Notes under the pieces: model-generated | Database searches by the model: none | What the model was told of the DNA's origin: nothing | Seen by the model: only the letters and a program-made list of their open reading frames with translations | Position numbers and translations under genes: made by a program | Assembly (NCBI GenBank): GCA_017428025.1 | Contig: JAFRRO010000066.1 | Location: 2,853-66,852 of the forward strand | DNA: 64,000 bases | Origin: Clostridia bacterium | GTDB lineage: Bacteria; Bacillota; Clostridia; Christensenellales; CAG-138 | Direction of reading: 5' to 3' | In this document: positions 35,104-45,079 of the stretch, one piece after another | Layout of the letters: every line of letters starts with the position of its first letter | Position numbering within the stretch: position 1 is the stretch's first letter

Positions 35104-35901
35104 TTATGTGCGGACCTTCTTTTCGAGAAACGCGACGGCGTAGTACATCAGCGCGGCGAGCACGCAGAGGATCGCGACCGACGCCATGACAAGATCGAGC
35201 TTAAACACCTGCCCGCCGTAGACGATCAGGTATCCGAGCCCGGCCTTTGAAACGAGGTATTCGCCGACGATGACGCCCACCCAGCTCATGCCGACCGAGA
35301 TCTTCAGCGCCGAAATCAGGTCCGGCACGCCCGCGGGCAGGACGACCTTTGTAAAGATCTGCAGCTTCGTTGCGCCGAGCGTGCGCATCAGAAGCTGTTT
35401 TTCGTCGGTCGCGGCAAGAAAGCCGTTCAGCACCGTGACCGTCGTCACGACGAGCGATACGAGCACACCCATGACCACGATCGACGCCATGCCCGCGCCG
35501 ATCCATACGATGAGCACCGGACCGAGGGCGATCTTCGGCAGCGCGTTGAGCACGACGAGGTACGGATCGAGGATGCGGTTGAGCTTCGGAAGCCACCACA
35601 ACAGCACGGCGATCAGCGCGCCGAGCGCGGTGCCGAGCAGGAAGCCGAGTACGGTTTCCGAAAGCGTCGTGCCGATGTGCAGCCAGAGCGAGCCGTCCGC
35701 ATACAGCCTTGCGATCGTCGCGATCACGCGCGAGGGGGAGGACAGGATGAACGGATCGAACCATCGAAGGTCCGCGCCGATCTCCCAGAGAAGCAGCACG
35801 AAGAGCAGAATGCCGATCTGCGAAAGCCGGACGTGCCGCGCGTCCCTGCGGATCGATTTCAGATAGCGCGCATGCGCGTCGGAAACGGGTTTGCTTCTCA
35901 T
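35104..35901 (-). CDS. ABC transporter permease (NitT/TauT, SsuC-like family)
   Basis: MRSKPVSDAHARYLK..., 6 TM segments, and an EAA-like loop (TDEKQLLMRTLGATKLQIFTKVVLP). ATGA overlap with the ATPase stop. The upstream part of the 556-aa ORF-track entry is in another frame relative to the ATPase gene and was rejected. Confidence 0.8.
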   Translation of the reverse strand: MRSKPVSDAHARYLKSIRRDARHVRLSQIGILLFVLLLWEIGADLRWFDPFILSSPSRVIATIARLYADGSLWLHIGTTLSETVLGFLLGTALGALIAVLLWWLPKLNRILDPYLVVLNALPKIALGPVLIVWIGAGMASIVVMGVLVSLVVTTVTVLNGFLAATDEKQLLMRTLGATKLQIFTKVVLPAGVPDLISALKISVGMSWVGVIVGEYLVSKAGLGYLIVYGGQVFKLDLVMASVAILCVLAALMYYAVAFLEKKVRT

Positions 35902-36644
35902 GGCTGCAATTCCTCCCAGATGCGGTCGAAATAGTCGTGAAACGTCGCCTGCCTGCGCCGCTCGAGCGGCGGCATGGAGGCGGGAAAGCCGATCGGTATC
36001 TCCGCTTTGAGCGCCGCGGGACGTGCGGAAAACACCGCGACGCGGTCCGCCATCGAGACGGCTTCCGAGATGTCGTGCGTGACGAGGATCGCGCTCTTGT
36101 GTTCTCTGCGGATGATGCGATAGACCTCGTCGGAAAGGTTCAGCCGCGTCTGATAATCGAGCGCGGAAAACGGTTCGTCCAACAGCAGCAGGTCGGGTTC
36201 CAAAGCGAGCGTTCGGATCAGCGCGACCTTCTGGCGCATGCCGCCGGACAGCTGCTGCGGCTTGTAGCTCTTGAAGTCCCCGAGCCCGTAGGTGTCGAGC
36301 AGGTGCATGGCGTTCGCCCTGCTTTGTTCGGTCAGCCGGTGCTGCACCTCGAGCCCCAGAAGCACGTTTTTTTCGACGGTCCGATGGTCCAGAAGGTGAT
36401 CGCGCTGCAGCATGTACCCCATGCGCAGATCCGGCTTTTCGCAGCGGATCGTGCCCGCGCTCTGCGGCAGAAGTCCCATGATCAGCGACAGCACGCTTGT
36501 CTTGCCGCAGCCGGAAGGACCGACGATCGCAAGGAATTCGCCTTCTTTGATTTTCAGGTTCAGATCCCGTATAGCAACGGTTTCGCCCGCGACCGTCTGA
36601 TAGGCGAGCGAAACGCCGGTAAGTGTCAACAGTTCGGATTGCAT
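35898..36644 (-). CDS. ABC transporter ATP-binding protein (NitT/TauT family)
   Basis: Walker A GPSGCGKTS, signature LSGGMRQKV and Walker B LLLLDEPFSALD. Confidence 0.9.
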   Translation of the reverse strand: MQSELLTLTGVSLAYQTVAGETVAIRDLNLKIKEGEFLAIVGPSGCGKTSVLSLIMGLLPQSAGTIRCEKPDLRMGYMLQRDHLLDHRTVEKNVLLGLEVQHRLTEQSRANAMHLLDTYGLGDFKSYKPQQLSGGMRQKVALIRTLALEPDLLLLDEPFSALDYQTRLNLSDEVYRIIRREHKSAILVTHDISEAVSMADRVAVFSARPAALKAEIPIGFPASMPPLERRRQATFHDYFDRIWEELQP

Positions 36645-36756
36645 CGATTCTCTCCTTGTTTTGCCGATACGGTATCGTATTCCGATTTGTTCCGCTGCGT
36701 TCCGTCACGGTTTTCGATCGGGCTGCGTATGATAGGGGTAAAGGAGGAGGATTCGT

Positions 36757-36924
36757 ATGCGCTGTTCCTGTCAACGAAAGTACAGAGCCAAACGCCTCTT
36801 TGCGATCGCCTGCGGGGCGGCCGTTCTGGCGCTGCTGTTCTATTGCGTGCCGTGGTGGGTGTTTCTGATGATCGGCGTGTTCGCGCTGCTGCTTGCGGTC
36901 TGGAAGATTCTGTCGGACGGATAA
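36757..36924 (+). CDS. Small hypothetical membrane protein (55 aa; absent from the ORF track)
   Basis: Translation MRCSCQRKYRAKRLFAIACGAAVLALLFYCVPWWVFLMIGVFALLLAVWKILSDG. A strong RBS AAAGGAGGAGG sits 6 nt upstream, and two hydrophobic helices are present. Confidence 0.5.
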   Translation: MRCSCQRKYRAKRLFAIACGAAVLALLFYCVPWWVFLMIGVFALLLAVWKILSDG

Positions 36925-36998
36925 TTAACTGTTTGTTCACCAACCGGCATGCGAAGCTGTGGTATACTGTATTTGTATCGGTATACTCGGAGGCAGCT

Positions 36999-37838
36999 AT
37001 GCGCAGGCTTTGGAAGAACAGACCGCTCATCATCGCATGGATCGCGATCGTGCTGTTGATCGTGCTGGCGGCGTTCACGGCGTTTCGCCGCGGCGCGGCG
37101 CCGGTCGACGGCTTGTTCCGCAATGCCTCCGCGCCGGTCATGGGCGTGCTGCACAACGCGCAGGCGCGGGTGCAGGCGTTCTTTGTGCGCGTATTCGATC
37201 CGAACGGCGTACAGGAGGAAAACGACCGGCTCAAGGAACAGCTGCTGGAGCAGCAGCAGAAGCTGGCGCTGCTCGACGAGACGGAAAAGGAAAACGCACG
37301 GCTCTCGGAGCTTCTGAACTTTGCGCAGGCGAACCCGAAGATGCGCTATGTGACCGCGTCGGTCATCGGACGCGACAGCAATCCGTATCTGGATACGATC
37401 ACGCTGAACGTCGGCACACGCAGCGGCGTCAGCGAAAAGATGGCGGTGCTGACCGCGGACGGCATCGTGGGACGCGTGGTCGAGGTCGGACCGAACTGGT
37501 GCCGCGTCAAGACGATGTGCAATGACGAAATGCGCATCAGCGTCATGGTGCAGCGCACACGCGACGAGGGCATGCTCGGCGGGTTGTACGAGGAGGACGG
37601 CATCCTGATCGGGCTGAAACTCTACTATCTGCCGAACAAGGCGGATATTCAGGTCGGCGATACCATCCGGACAAGCGGGATCGGCGGCTTCTTCCCGAAG
37701 GGACTGTACGCGGGCACGGTGCTCTCCGTCAACGAGGACGGAAAGGGCAACTATGACGCAATCGTTTCGCTCGACGTGGACTTTCTGCATATCGAGAACG
37801 CGCTGATCGTCGTCGGCGTGGATGAGGCGGTCGAATGA
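36999..37838 (+). CDS. mreC: Rod shape-determining protein MreC
   Basis: N-terminal TM, coiled coil (ENDRLKEQLLEQQQKLALLDETEKENARL) and a beta-barrel region (GIVGRVVEV). Followed by mreD and PBP2. Confidence 0.85.
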   Translation: MRRLWKNRPLIIAWIAIVLLIVLAAFTAFRRGAAPVDGLFRNASAPVMGVLHNAQARVQAFFVRVFDPNGVQEENDRLKEQLLEQQQKLALLDETEKENARLSELLNFAQANPKMRYVTASVIGRDSNPYLDTITLNVGTRSGVSEKMAVLTADGIVGRVVEVGPNWCRVKTMCNDEMRISVMVQRTRDEGMLGGLYEEDGILIGLKLYYLPNKADIQVGDTIRTSGIGGFFPKGLYAGTVLSVNEDGKGNYDAIVSLDVDFLHIENALIVVGVDEAVE

Positions 37839-38326
37839 AGCGGTTCTGGGTTCTCATTCCGGCTGCGGCGGCAGCGATCCTTCTGGACAGCTTTCTGTTT
37901 CCGAACCTGTCGCACAACGGCATCCGCCCGCTGTTCGTACTGGCGGCGGCGCTCGCCGCGGTCGCGTCGACCAAGGTGCAGGACGGCATCCTGATCGCGC
38001 TGATCGGCGGGCTTTTGACCGATCTTTTTACCAATCCGTATCTCGGACTGTCCGCGGCGGCATATCTTCTGGCCGTCGTGATTCTGTATGGCTTTGTGCG
38101 CAAGAACCGCCCGAAGCTGCCGCTGCTGTTCGTGTTCACGCTGATCGCGTGCGCGGCGGCGGAGGCGCTGATTTTCGGATTCTCGCTGATTCTCGGCGCG
38201 CGGTTTTCGATTCCGAACCGGCTTTTGACGGCGACGCTGCCGTCGCTGATTCTGGAAGCGCTGGCGGTGCTCCCGCTGACGGCGCTGTTCGGCAACGCGG
38301 GGAAAGGGACGTTTGATCGCAGATGA
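37835..38326 (+). CDS. mreD: Rod shape-determining protein MreD
   Basis: 163-aa polytopic membrane protein, translationally coupled between mreC and PBP2. Confidence 0.75.
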   Translation: MKRFWVLIPAAAAAILLDSFLFPNLSHNGIRPLFVLAAALAAVASTKVQDGILIALIGGLLTDLFTNPYLGLSAAAYLLAVVILYGFVRKNRPKLPLLFVFTLIACAAAEALIFGFSLILGARFSIPNRLLTATLPSLILEALAVLPLTALFGNAGKGTFDRR

Positions 38327-40854
38327 AACGCGGCGAAAAGGGAAAGCTGAATACGCGCATCTGGATCCTGATCGGGATCTTTCTTGTGATGCTCGGCGTT
38401 CTGCTGATCTTTCTGGACAAGCTTGCGATCCGCGAGACCGAGGCGTATTCCGCGGCGGTACAGCAGACGACCGAGGTCGTCACCTATCAGTCCGGCAACC
38501 GCGGCACGATCACCGACCGCAACGGCAAGGTGCTTGCCTATGACGAAACGACCTACAACGTGCTGTTCTATCGCGATCCGAGCAACCGCACGCCGGTCGA
38601 CAGCGCGCGCTATACGCATTCGCTGATCGAGGCGATCCGTATCATCGAGGAGGGCGGCGGCTCGGTCATCGACACGTTCTATATCGTGATGGACGCGGAC
38701 GGCACGTTCCGCTACGATTTCCGCACGCAGAGCGAATCGGTCGCCGAAGCGAGAAAAAAGAACTTCGTGACCGCCTGCAATTTCTCGAATCCCGATCTGA
38801 CGGCGGAGGAAGCGTATCTCATCCTGCGCGAATCCTGGTGCATCCCCGACGACATGCCGTTTGACGAGGCGAAAAAGATCATGTCGATCCGGCAGGAAGC
38901 CGTCATGAACAGCTACCGCGCGTTCGAGGGCGTGCGCATTGCCTACGACGTATCGCTTGCGGTCGTCACCGAGCTCGATATGGCGAGCGAGCGGCTGACC
39001 GGCATTCTGACCGAAAAGAGCAGCTACCGCATCTATCCGTACGCAAACACCGCGTCGCATATCGTGGGGTATCTCAGTAAGCAGGTCACGCGCGACATGA
39101 CTTCGATCGGCTATTCCTATAAGGATTTCGAGCCGTTCGATCCGTCGAAGAAGGAGACGAACAGCATGCTGGCGCTCGGCTATGCGTACAGCGATCTCAT
39201 CGGCGTCGCGGGCGTGGAAAAGACGATGGAGCCGTACCTGACGCCGCATCTGTACGGGCGGCTCGGCACGACGACGATCCTCAAGAACAAGCGCGGCGCG
39301 ATCGTCGAGGTGCTCGATTCCACACAGCCGATCGACGGCATGAACGTGCAGCTTTCGATCGACATCGATCTGCAGCAGGTCTGCGAACAGGCGCTCAGGG
39401 ACAACATCGAAGCGACGCGGCAGAAGCAGGAACAGCGCATTGCTTCGGACCGCGCGCGCTACGAACGGCTGACAAACGGAAAGATCGATTCGATCAAGCG
39501 CGCGGAGACCGGTGCGATCATCGTGCTGAACGTCAAGAACGGCGAAATCCTTGCGATGGCGTCCTATCCGGATTACGATCCGAACATGTTCACCGACGGC
39601 ATCGACGAGCAGGAGAACGAACAGCTGTTCGGCGCAGACAGCAATCAGCCGACGCTGAACCGCGCAATCGGCATTCGAACCGCGTCCGGTTCGGTGTTCA
39701 AGATGGCGACGGGGCTTGCGGGACTGATGGAGGGTAAGCTTGCCACGACCGAGATGATCTCCGACAATTCGCCGTACTACTACTTCGTCGACGATCCGAC
39801 CACCAAGGTCGAGCAGAACGCGCCGAGCTGCTGGACGAGCAATCCGAAGAACCACGCGAACCTGACGCTTTCGCGTGCGCTGACCGTTTCGTGCAACTAT
39901 TTCTTCTATACGGTATCGGACCGCGTCGGCATCGAGCGGCTCAACTACTGGGCGGGACGGCTCGGCATGAAGGGCACGACCGGCGTGGAGCTGCCCGGCG
40001 AACTCACCGTGCAGATCGGCGGGCAGAAGGCGCGCTACGACTGCGAAAAATCGCTGTCCGAACAGACGTCCGCGCTGCCGCGTCTGATCTACAACCGCAT
40101 CTACAACCTGCTGAAATCGATCACGACACAGCACGGCTACGAGGTCTCGAACGATAAACTGGCGTCCTGCGCCGACCGCCTGCTGCGGCTGATGGACGGC
40201 GAACAGCGCGAGCGCGGCAACGAGATCCGCCAGATCCTGAAGGAGGAACTGAACATTCCGGTCGGCGTCTCCTATGCCCACACCAACTGGATCGTCTCGA
40301 TTTCGACATGGCTCGAAGAACTGCGCTGGAAACCGACCTATACGATTCAGACCGGCATCGGACAGGGCGTTATGCTGGTGACGCCGATCTCGATCGCGCG
40401 ATACATTGCGACGATCGCAAACCGCGGCACGTCCTACCGGACGACGCTGCTGAAACGCGTCGAAAACGCGGACGGCTCCCTGTACCTCGAAAACAAGCCG
40501 GTCGAGTTCGACTCGATCTACGCGCCGGAGGCGTTCTGGGACGCGATTCTGGAGGGCATGAAGGGCGTCGTTTCGCCGGAGGACGGCGGCACGGCTTCCT
40601 CGGTGTTCTCGAAAGCGTTCGAACAGAACGGGTATCTCGAGCGCATCAGCGGCAAGACCGGAACGGCGCAGACGGCGGCGTCGAACAACATCGATATCGA
40701 AAACACCTGCTGGTTTGCGGCGATCACGCCGCGCGAGGATCCGGAAATCGCCGTAGTCGTGTTCATCCCGAACGGTCTGTCCGGCAGCTCCGGCGCCGTC
40801 GCGATCGAGGAGATCATCACCTACTGGTACGAACGGCAGCAGAACGCGCAATGA
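38323..40854 (+). CDS. mrdA: Penicillin-binding protein 2 (class B transpeptidase)
   Basis: PBP dimerisation domain plus a transpeptidase domain with SGSVFK (SxxK), SCN (SxN) and KTGT motifs. Confidence 0.9.
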   Translation: MKRGEKGKLNTRIWILIGIFLVMLGVLLIFLDKLAIRETEAYSAAVQQTTEVVTYQSGNRGTITDRNGKVLAYDETTYNVLFYRDPSNRTPVDSARYTHSLIEAIRIIEEGGGSVIDTFYIVMDADGTFRYDFRTQSESVAEARKKNFVTACNFSNPDLTAEEAYLILRESWCIPDDMPFDEAKKIMSIRQEAVMNSYRAFEGVRIAYDVSLAVVTELDMASERLTGILTEKSSYRIYPYANTASHIVGYLSKQVTRDMTSIGYSYKDFEPFDPSKKETNSMLALGYAYSDLIGVAGVEKTMEPYLTPHLYGRLGTTTILKNKRGAIVEVLDSTQPIDGMNVQLSIDIDLQQVCEQALRDNIEATRQKQEQRIASDRARYERLTNGKIDSIKRAETGAIIVLNVKNGEILAMASYPDYDPNMFTDGIDEQENEQLFGADSNQPTLNRAIGIRTASGSVFKMATGLAGLMEGKLATTEMISDNSPYYYFVDDPTTKVEQNAPSCWTSNPKNHANLTLSRALTVSCNYFFYTVSDRVGIERLNYWAGRLGMKGTTGVELPGELTVQIGGQKARYDCEKSLSEQTSALPRLIYNRIYNLLKSITTQHGYEVSNDKLASCADRLLRLMDGEQRERGNEIRQILKEELNIPVGVSYAHTNWIVSISTWLEELRWKPTYTIQTGIGQGVMLVTPISIARYIATIANRGTSYRTTLLKRVENADGSLYLENKPVEFDSIYAPEAFWDAILEGMKGVVSPEDGGTASSVFSKAFEQNGYLERISGKTGTAQTAASNNIDIENTCWFAAITPREDPEIAVVVFIPNGLSGSSGAVAIEEIITYWYERQQNAQ

Positions 40855-40967
40855 TGTTTTGCAAAATTCCGGCAGGAAACGACCGAAATGCAAAATAGAT
40901 ATGAAATTTTGTTGAATTTCGCGGCGTAATGCTTGCGTTTCCGCACAGAAAACGGTACACTTTCGGT

Positions 40968-42308
40968 ATGGAAAAGACGAAGCTGACCATACCCTATATC
41001 ATCAGGAACTGGAAGTCGCTGAAGGTCAGGCAGAAACGGGCAATCCTGTCCGTGCTGCTGATCGCGGCGGCGCTGGTTCTCTTTTTGATAGCGCTGATCG
41101 TCGGCATCATATCCTGCAGCGGAAAGGCGGAGGCCGAACCTGCGGAGACGCAGGAGATTGCGCCGCTGCCTGCGCTGCTGCGCGCACCGGACCGTACGGG
41201 GGAAGCCGCCGATCCGAACGAGCCGGAGGACGGTGATCCGAACGCGGAGCCGGACCTTTCCGGACTGGTGCTTCTGGAGGAACCGGACGACGAACCGACT
41301 GGCGAAAATCAGGGGAATACGGAATCGACGACCGAGTATCAGCAGCTGAAAAAGCATGACAAGGGCGAAGCGGTTTCGACGCTGCAGGCGCGGCTCATGG
41401 AGCTCGGGTATCTCGAAATCGAGGAGCCGACGGATTACTTCGGCAGCAGCACCGAGTACGCGGTCGAGCTGTTCCAGCGGCAGCACGAGCTCAAGCAGGA
41501 CGGCGTCGCGGGCACGGAAACGCTGAAGCTGCTGTACAGCAAGGATGCGCAGCACTATACGCTCAAAGAGGGCGCGGAAGGGCGCGACGTGAAGATGCTG
41601 CAGGAGCAGCTTGTCGACCTCGGCTATCTCGCCGAAAGCGAAGTCGACCGCGTGTACGGCTCGGTCACGATCGAAGCGGTCAAGGCGTTCCAGAAGCGCA
41701 ACGGTCTGTCCGCGGACGGGCTTGCCGGAGAAAAGACGCTGGAAAAGCTGTACAGCGACGAGGCGAAGATCTCCAAATCGCTGGAATCCAAGCTGAAAGC
41801 GGAGGAAAAGAGCGCGTCGAGCAGCAGCTCCTCCAAGTCGACGCCGAAGCCGAGCAGCTCCAAGACGACGCCGAAACCGGGCAAGACCACCCCGAAGCCG
41901 ACCGCAAAGCCGACGCCGAAGAAGGAAACGCGCATCGAGAAATTCATCAAAGCGGCGAACTCCAAGATCGGCTGCGAATACGTGCTCGGCGACCGCGGTC
42001 CCAAGACGTTCGACTGCTCCGGCTTTGTCTGGTACTGCCTGAAACAGGCGGGCGTGTCCGTCAACCGTCTCAACGCGTCTGGCTTTTCCAAGAAAGCGTC
42101 CTGGAAGAACATTTCGAGCATCAACGATATCCAGAAGGGCGACATTCTCTTTTTCCGCAGCGATGCGTCGTCGAACGTCAGCCATTGCGGCATCTACATC
42201 GGCAGCGGCATGATGATCGACGCGTCGAGCTCGAACGGCAAGGTCGTCAAGCGCGCGGTTTCGTCCTATTGGAAACGCAATTTTGTCAACGCAAGGAGAC
42301 CTTGGTAA
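40968..42308 (+). CDS. Cell-wall hydrolase: TM anchor, three PG_binding_1 repeats, S/T/P/K linker, C-terminal NlpC/P60 (C40) domain
   Basis: Repeats of the form AVSTLQARLMELGYL...LKQDGVAGTETL. The C40 catalytic context is FDCSGFVWYC...HCGIYIG. Confidence 0.85.
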   Translation: MEKTKLTIPYIIRNWKSLKVRQKRAILSVLLIAAALVLFLIALIVGIISCSGKAEAEPAETQEIAPLPALLRAPDRTGEAADPNEPEDGDPNAEPDLSGLVLLEEPDDEPTGENQGNTESTTEYQQLKKHDKGEAVSTLQARLMELGYLEIEEPTDYFGSSTEYAVELFQRQHELKQDGVAGTETLKLLYSKDAQHYTLKEGAEGRDVKMLQEQLVDLGYLAESEVDRVYGSVTIEAVKAFQKRNGLSADGLAGEKTLEKLYSDEAKISKSLESKLKAEEKSASSSSSSKSTPKPSSSKTTPKPGKTTPKPTAKPTPKKETRIEKFIKAANSKIGCEYVLGDRGPKTFDCSGFVWYCLKQAGVSVNRLNASGFSKKASWKNISSINDIQKGDILFFRSDASSNVSHCGIYIGSGMMIDASSSNGKVVKRAVSSYWKRNFVNARRPW

Positions 42309-42318
42309 CAGCCATCAG

Positions 42319-42349
42319 CCTGCCGGAACATGCTTCCGGCAGGTTTTTT
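42319..42349 (+). terminator. Rho-independent terminator
   Basis: Stem CCTGCCGGAA / TTCCGGCAGG with a 5-nt loop, followed by T6. Confidence 0.85.
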
Positions 42350-42549
42350 ATCCGCAAGCGTCAGGGGGCGGACGGCACGAAACCAAGGGCGGAGGAAGGC
42401 AAATAAGCGCTGATTTGCCGATAAATCGCGGCCGATTCCGGCAGTTTACGCAATTTTTACAGAAATCCGGCAATTTTTTTGTCGGTTTTTTTGCATCTTG
42501 CGGTACGATATGATATAATAACGTTGATTCTTAGATTGGGGACGAATTC

Positions 42550-44919
42550 ATGGAAACAGATCAAATCATGCAGCAAATTGAACTGGTACTCAAACGCGAC
42601 GCGCAGGTTTCCCTGAAAGAAGCTACCGTACAACAGCTTCACGCCGCATTGGCTTCGGTCGTGATGGGAGCGATCGCAGATCCGTGGTACGAGAGTCGTC
42701 ATGCGCACGAGCGCACGAGAAGCACGTATTATCTGTCCGCCGAATATCTGGTCGGCAGAATGGTGTACAACAACCTGTTTGCACTCGGCATTCTGGACGA
42801 AGTGAAGAAAGAGTTTGCGGAACGCGGACTGGACCTCGCGGCATTCGAAGACATCGAAGACGCCGCACTAGGCAACGGAGGTTTGGGACGCCTTGCCGCT
42901 TGTTTTTTAGATTCCGCCGCGACGATGAACCTGCCGCTGGACGGGTACGGCATCCGCTACAAGTACGGTCTCTTTAAGCAGACGTTCACCAACGGCTTCC
43001 AGACCGAGAGCGCGGACGACTGGCAGCGCTTCGGCGATCCGTGGAGCCGCCGCCGCGACACGCACGAAGTGCTCGTGCATTTCTCCGATCAGACGGTCCG
43101 TGCCGTGCCGTACGACATGCCGATCATCGGCTATCATTCGGACAACATCGGCACGCTGCGGCTCTGGCAGAGCGAGGCGGTGCAGGACTTCGACTTTGAG
43201 AAGTTCAACAACCAGGAATACGCGGTTGCGGTGCTCGAGAAGAACGCGGTCGAGGACATCACTCGCGTGCTCTATCCGAACGACACGACCACGGCGGGCA
43301 AGCGTCTGCGCCTCAAGCAGCAGTACTTCCTGTCCTCGGCATCGCTGCAGGACCTGATGTTCCGCTTCAAGCGCGAGAACCGCCCGATCACCGAGTTTGC
43401 GGATCTCGTTTCGATCCAGCTCAACGACACGCATCCGACGGTTTCGATTCCGGAGCTGATCCGGCTGCTGATGCTCGAAGGACTCGGCTTCGACGAAGCG
43501 TTCGAGATCACGCGGAAGACCTTCTCCTACACGAACCACACGGTCATGCAGGAAGCGCTCGAAAAGTGGGACGTCAATCTGTTCCGCGACCTGCTGCCGG
43601 AGATCTTCGACATCATCTATCGCATCAACACCAAGCTGTGCGGCGAGATCATGGCAAAGGGGCTCGACTGCGAACCCTACGCGATCGTCTCGAACAACAT
43701 CATCCGCATGGCGAACCTTGCGGTCTACGTTTCGAGCTACGTCAACGGCGTCGCCGAGATTCACACGCAGATCCTCAAGGACGACGTTCTGAAGTGCTGG
43801 TATCAGCTCTATCCCGAACGGTTCCAGAACAAGACGAACGGCATCACGCAGCGCCGCTGGCTCGGACTGTGCAATCCGGAGCTTTCGAAGTACATCACCG
43901 ACCGCATCGGCGGCGGCTGGATCACGGACCTCGAACAGCTGCAGGGACTGAAAGCGCATATGAGCGACGCGGACGTCGATGAATTCATCGCGATCAAGCG
44001 CGAGAAAAAGCGTCAGCTGCGCGAGATCATCCGCGCGCGCGAGGGCGTCGATCTGCCGGAAAGCTTCTGCTTCGATGTGCAGGTCAAGCGCATGCACGAG
44101 TACAAGCGTCAGCTTCTGAACGCGTTTGCGATCCTCGATCTGTACTTCGGCGTCAAGGACGGACGCATCAAGAACTTCACGCCGACCGCGTTCATCTTCG
44201 GCGCAAAGGCGGCGCCCGGATACCTGCGCGCAAAGGCGGTCATCAAGTTCATCAACGAGATCGCAAAGAGGATCAACAACGATCCGGACATGAAGAATCT
44301 GATGCGCGTGGTCTTTGTGCACAACTACAACTGCTCCTATGCGGAGCACATCATCCCCGCGGCGGACATCTCCGAACAGATTTCTCCGGCGGGCACCGAG
44401 GCGAGCGGCACCGGCAACATGAAGCTGATGCTGAACGGCGCGGTCACGCTCGGCACCTTCGACGGCGCGAACATCGAGATCGTGCAGGAGGCGGGCGAGG
44501 AGAACAACTACGTGTTCGGCTACAGCGTCGACGATCTCAACGCGCTGCGTCCGCACTACAATCCCAAGGCGATCTACGACTACGAGCCGCGCGTACGCCG
44601 CGTGGTCGACACGCTGATCGACGGCACCTTCTCCGACGACAGCACCGGCGTGTTCACCGATCTGCATCGCTCGCTGCTGTTCGGCAACGGCTGGCAGAAA
44701 CCGGACTACTACTTCGTCCTGCAGGAGCTGCTGCCGTACATCGACCGCAAGCTCGACGCGCTGACCGACTACCGCGACATCCGCATGTTCACACGAAAGT
44801 GCATGATCAACACGGCGAGCGCGGGCAAGTTCTCGTCGGACCGCACGATCCGTCAGTACGCGGACGAAATCTGGCATATCAAGGAACTGCCGCATCACGA
44901 CGGAATCAAACTCTGGTAA
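42550..44919 (+). CDS. glgP: Glycogen/maltodextrin (alpha-glucan) phosphorylase
   Basis: 789 aa with the PLP site EASGTGNMKLMLNGA and GT35 family features throughout. Confidence 0.95.
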   Translation: METDQIMQQIELVLKRDAQVSLKEATVQQLHAALASVVMGAIADPWYESRHAHERTRSTYYLSAEYLVGRMVYNNLFALGILDEVKKEFAERGLDLAAFEDIEDAALGNGGLGRLAACFLDSAATMNLPLDGYGIRYKYGLFKQTFTNGFQTESADDWQRFGDPWSRRRDTHEVLVHFSDQTVRAVPYDMPIIGYHSDNIGTLRLWQSEAVQDFDFEKFNNQEYAVAVLEKNAVEDITRVLYPNDTTTAGKRLRLKQQYFLSSASLQDLMFRFKRENRPITEFADLVSIQLNDTHPTVSIPELIRLLMLEGLGFDEAFEITRKTFSYTNHTVMQEALEKWDVNLFRDLLPEIFDIIYRINTKLCGEIMAKGLDCEPYAIVSNNIIRMANLAVYVSSYVNGVAEIHTQILKDDVLKCWYQLYPERFQNKTNGITQRRWLGLCNPELSKYITDRIGGGWITDLEQLQGLKAHMSDADVDEFIAIKREKKRQLREIIRAREGVDLPESFCFDVQVKRMHEYKRQLLNAFAILDLYFGVKDGRIKNFTPTAFIFGAKAAPGYLRAKAVIKFINEIAKRINNDPDMKNLMRVVFVHNYNCSYAEHIIPAADISEQISPAGTEASGTGNMKLMLNGAVTLGTFDGANIEIVQEAGEENNYVFGYSVDDLNALRPHYNPKAIYDYEPRVRRVVDTLIDGTFSDDSTGVFTDLHRSLLFGNGWQKPDYYFVLQELLPYIDRKLDALTDYRDIRMFTRKCMINTASAGKFSSDRTIRQYADEIWHIKELPHHDGIKLW

Positions 44920-44933
44920 CCGTACATTTTCGG

Positions 44934-44975
44934 GGCTGTTGCGCTTCTGCGACAGCCTTTTTGCGTTTTTTTTGT
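44934..44975 (+). terminator. Rho-independent terminator
   Basis: Stem GGCTGTTGCG / TGCGACAGCC (with G-U pairs) followed by T-rich tracts. Confidence 0.7.
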
Positions 44976-45079
44976 AAATTTTACCGGAAAGCGCAAAAAC
45001 GTTGCACTTTGTACACAATTCGGACGCATCTTTTTGTTATGATAGAGGCACAGGGAATTGACTGAATGGGGAGAGACAC

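Noticed and set aside
35104-37838. The 556-aa ORF (35104-36774, minus) and the 633-aa ORF (35937-37838, plus) as single large genes.
   Set aside because: Only the last 265 codons of the first (the ABC permease) and the last 279 codons of the second (MreC) show protein-like sequence with an RBS. The upstream parts overlap the ABC ATPase gene in other frames and are Arg/Pro-rich shadow sequence.
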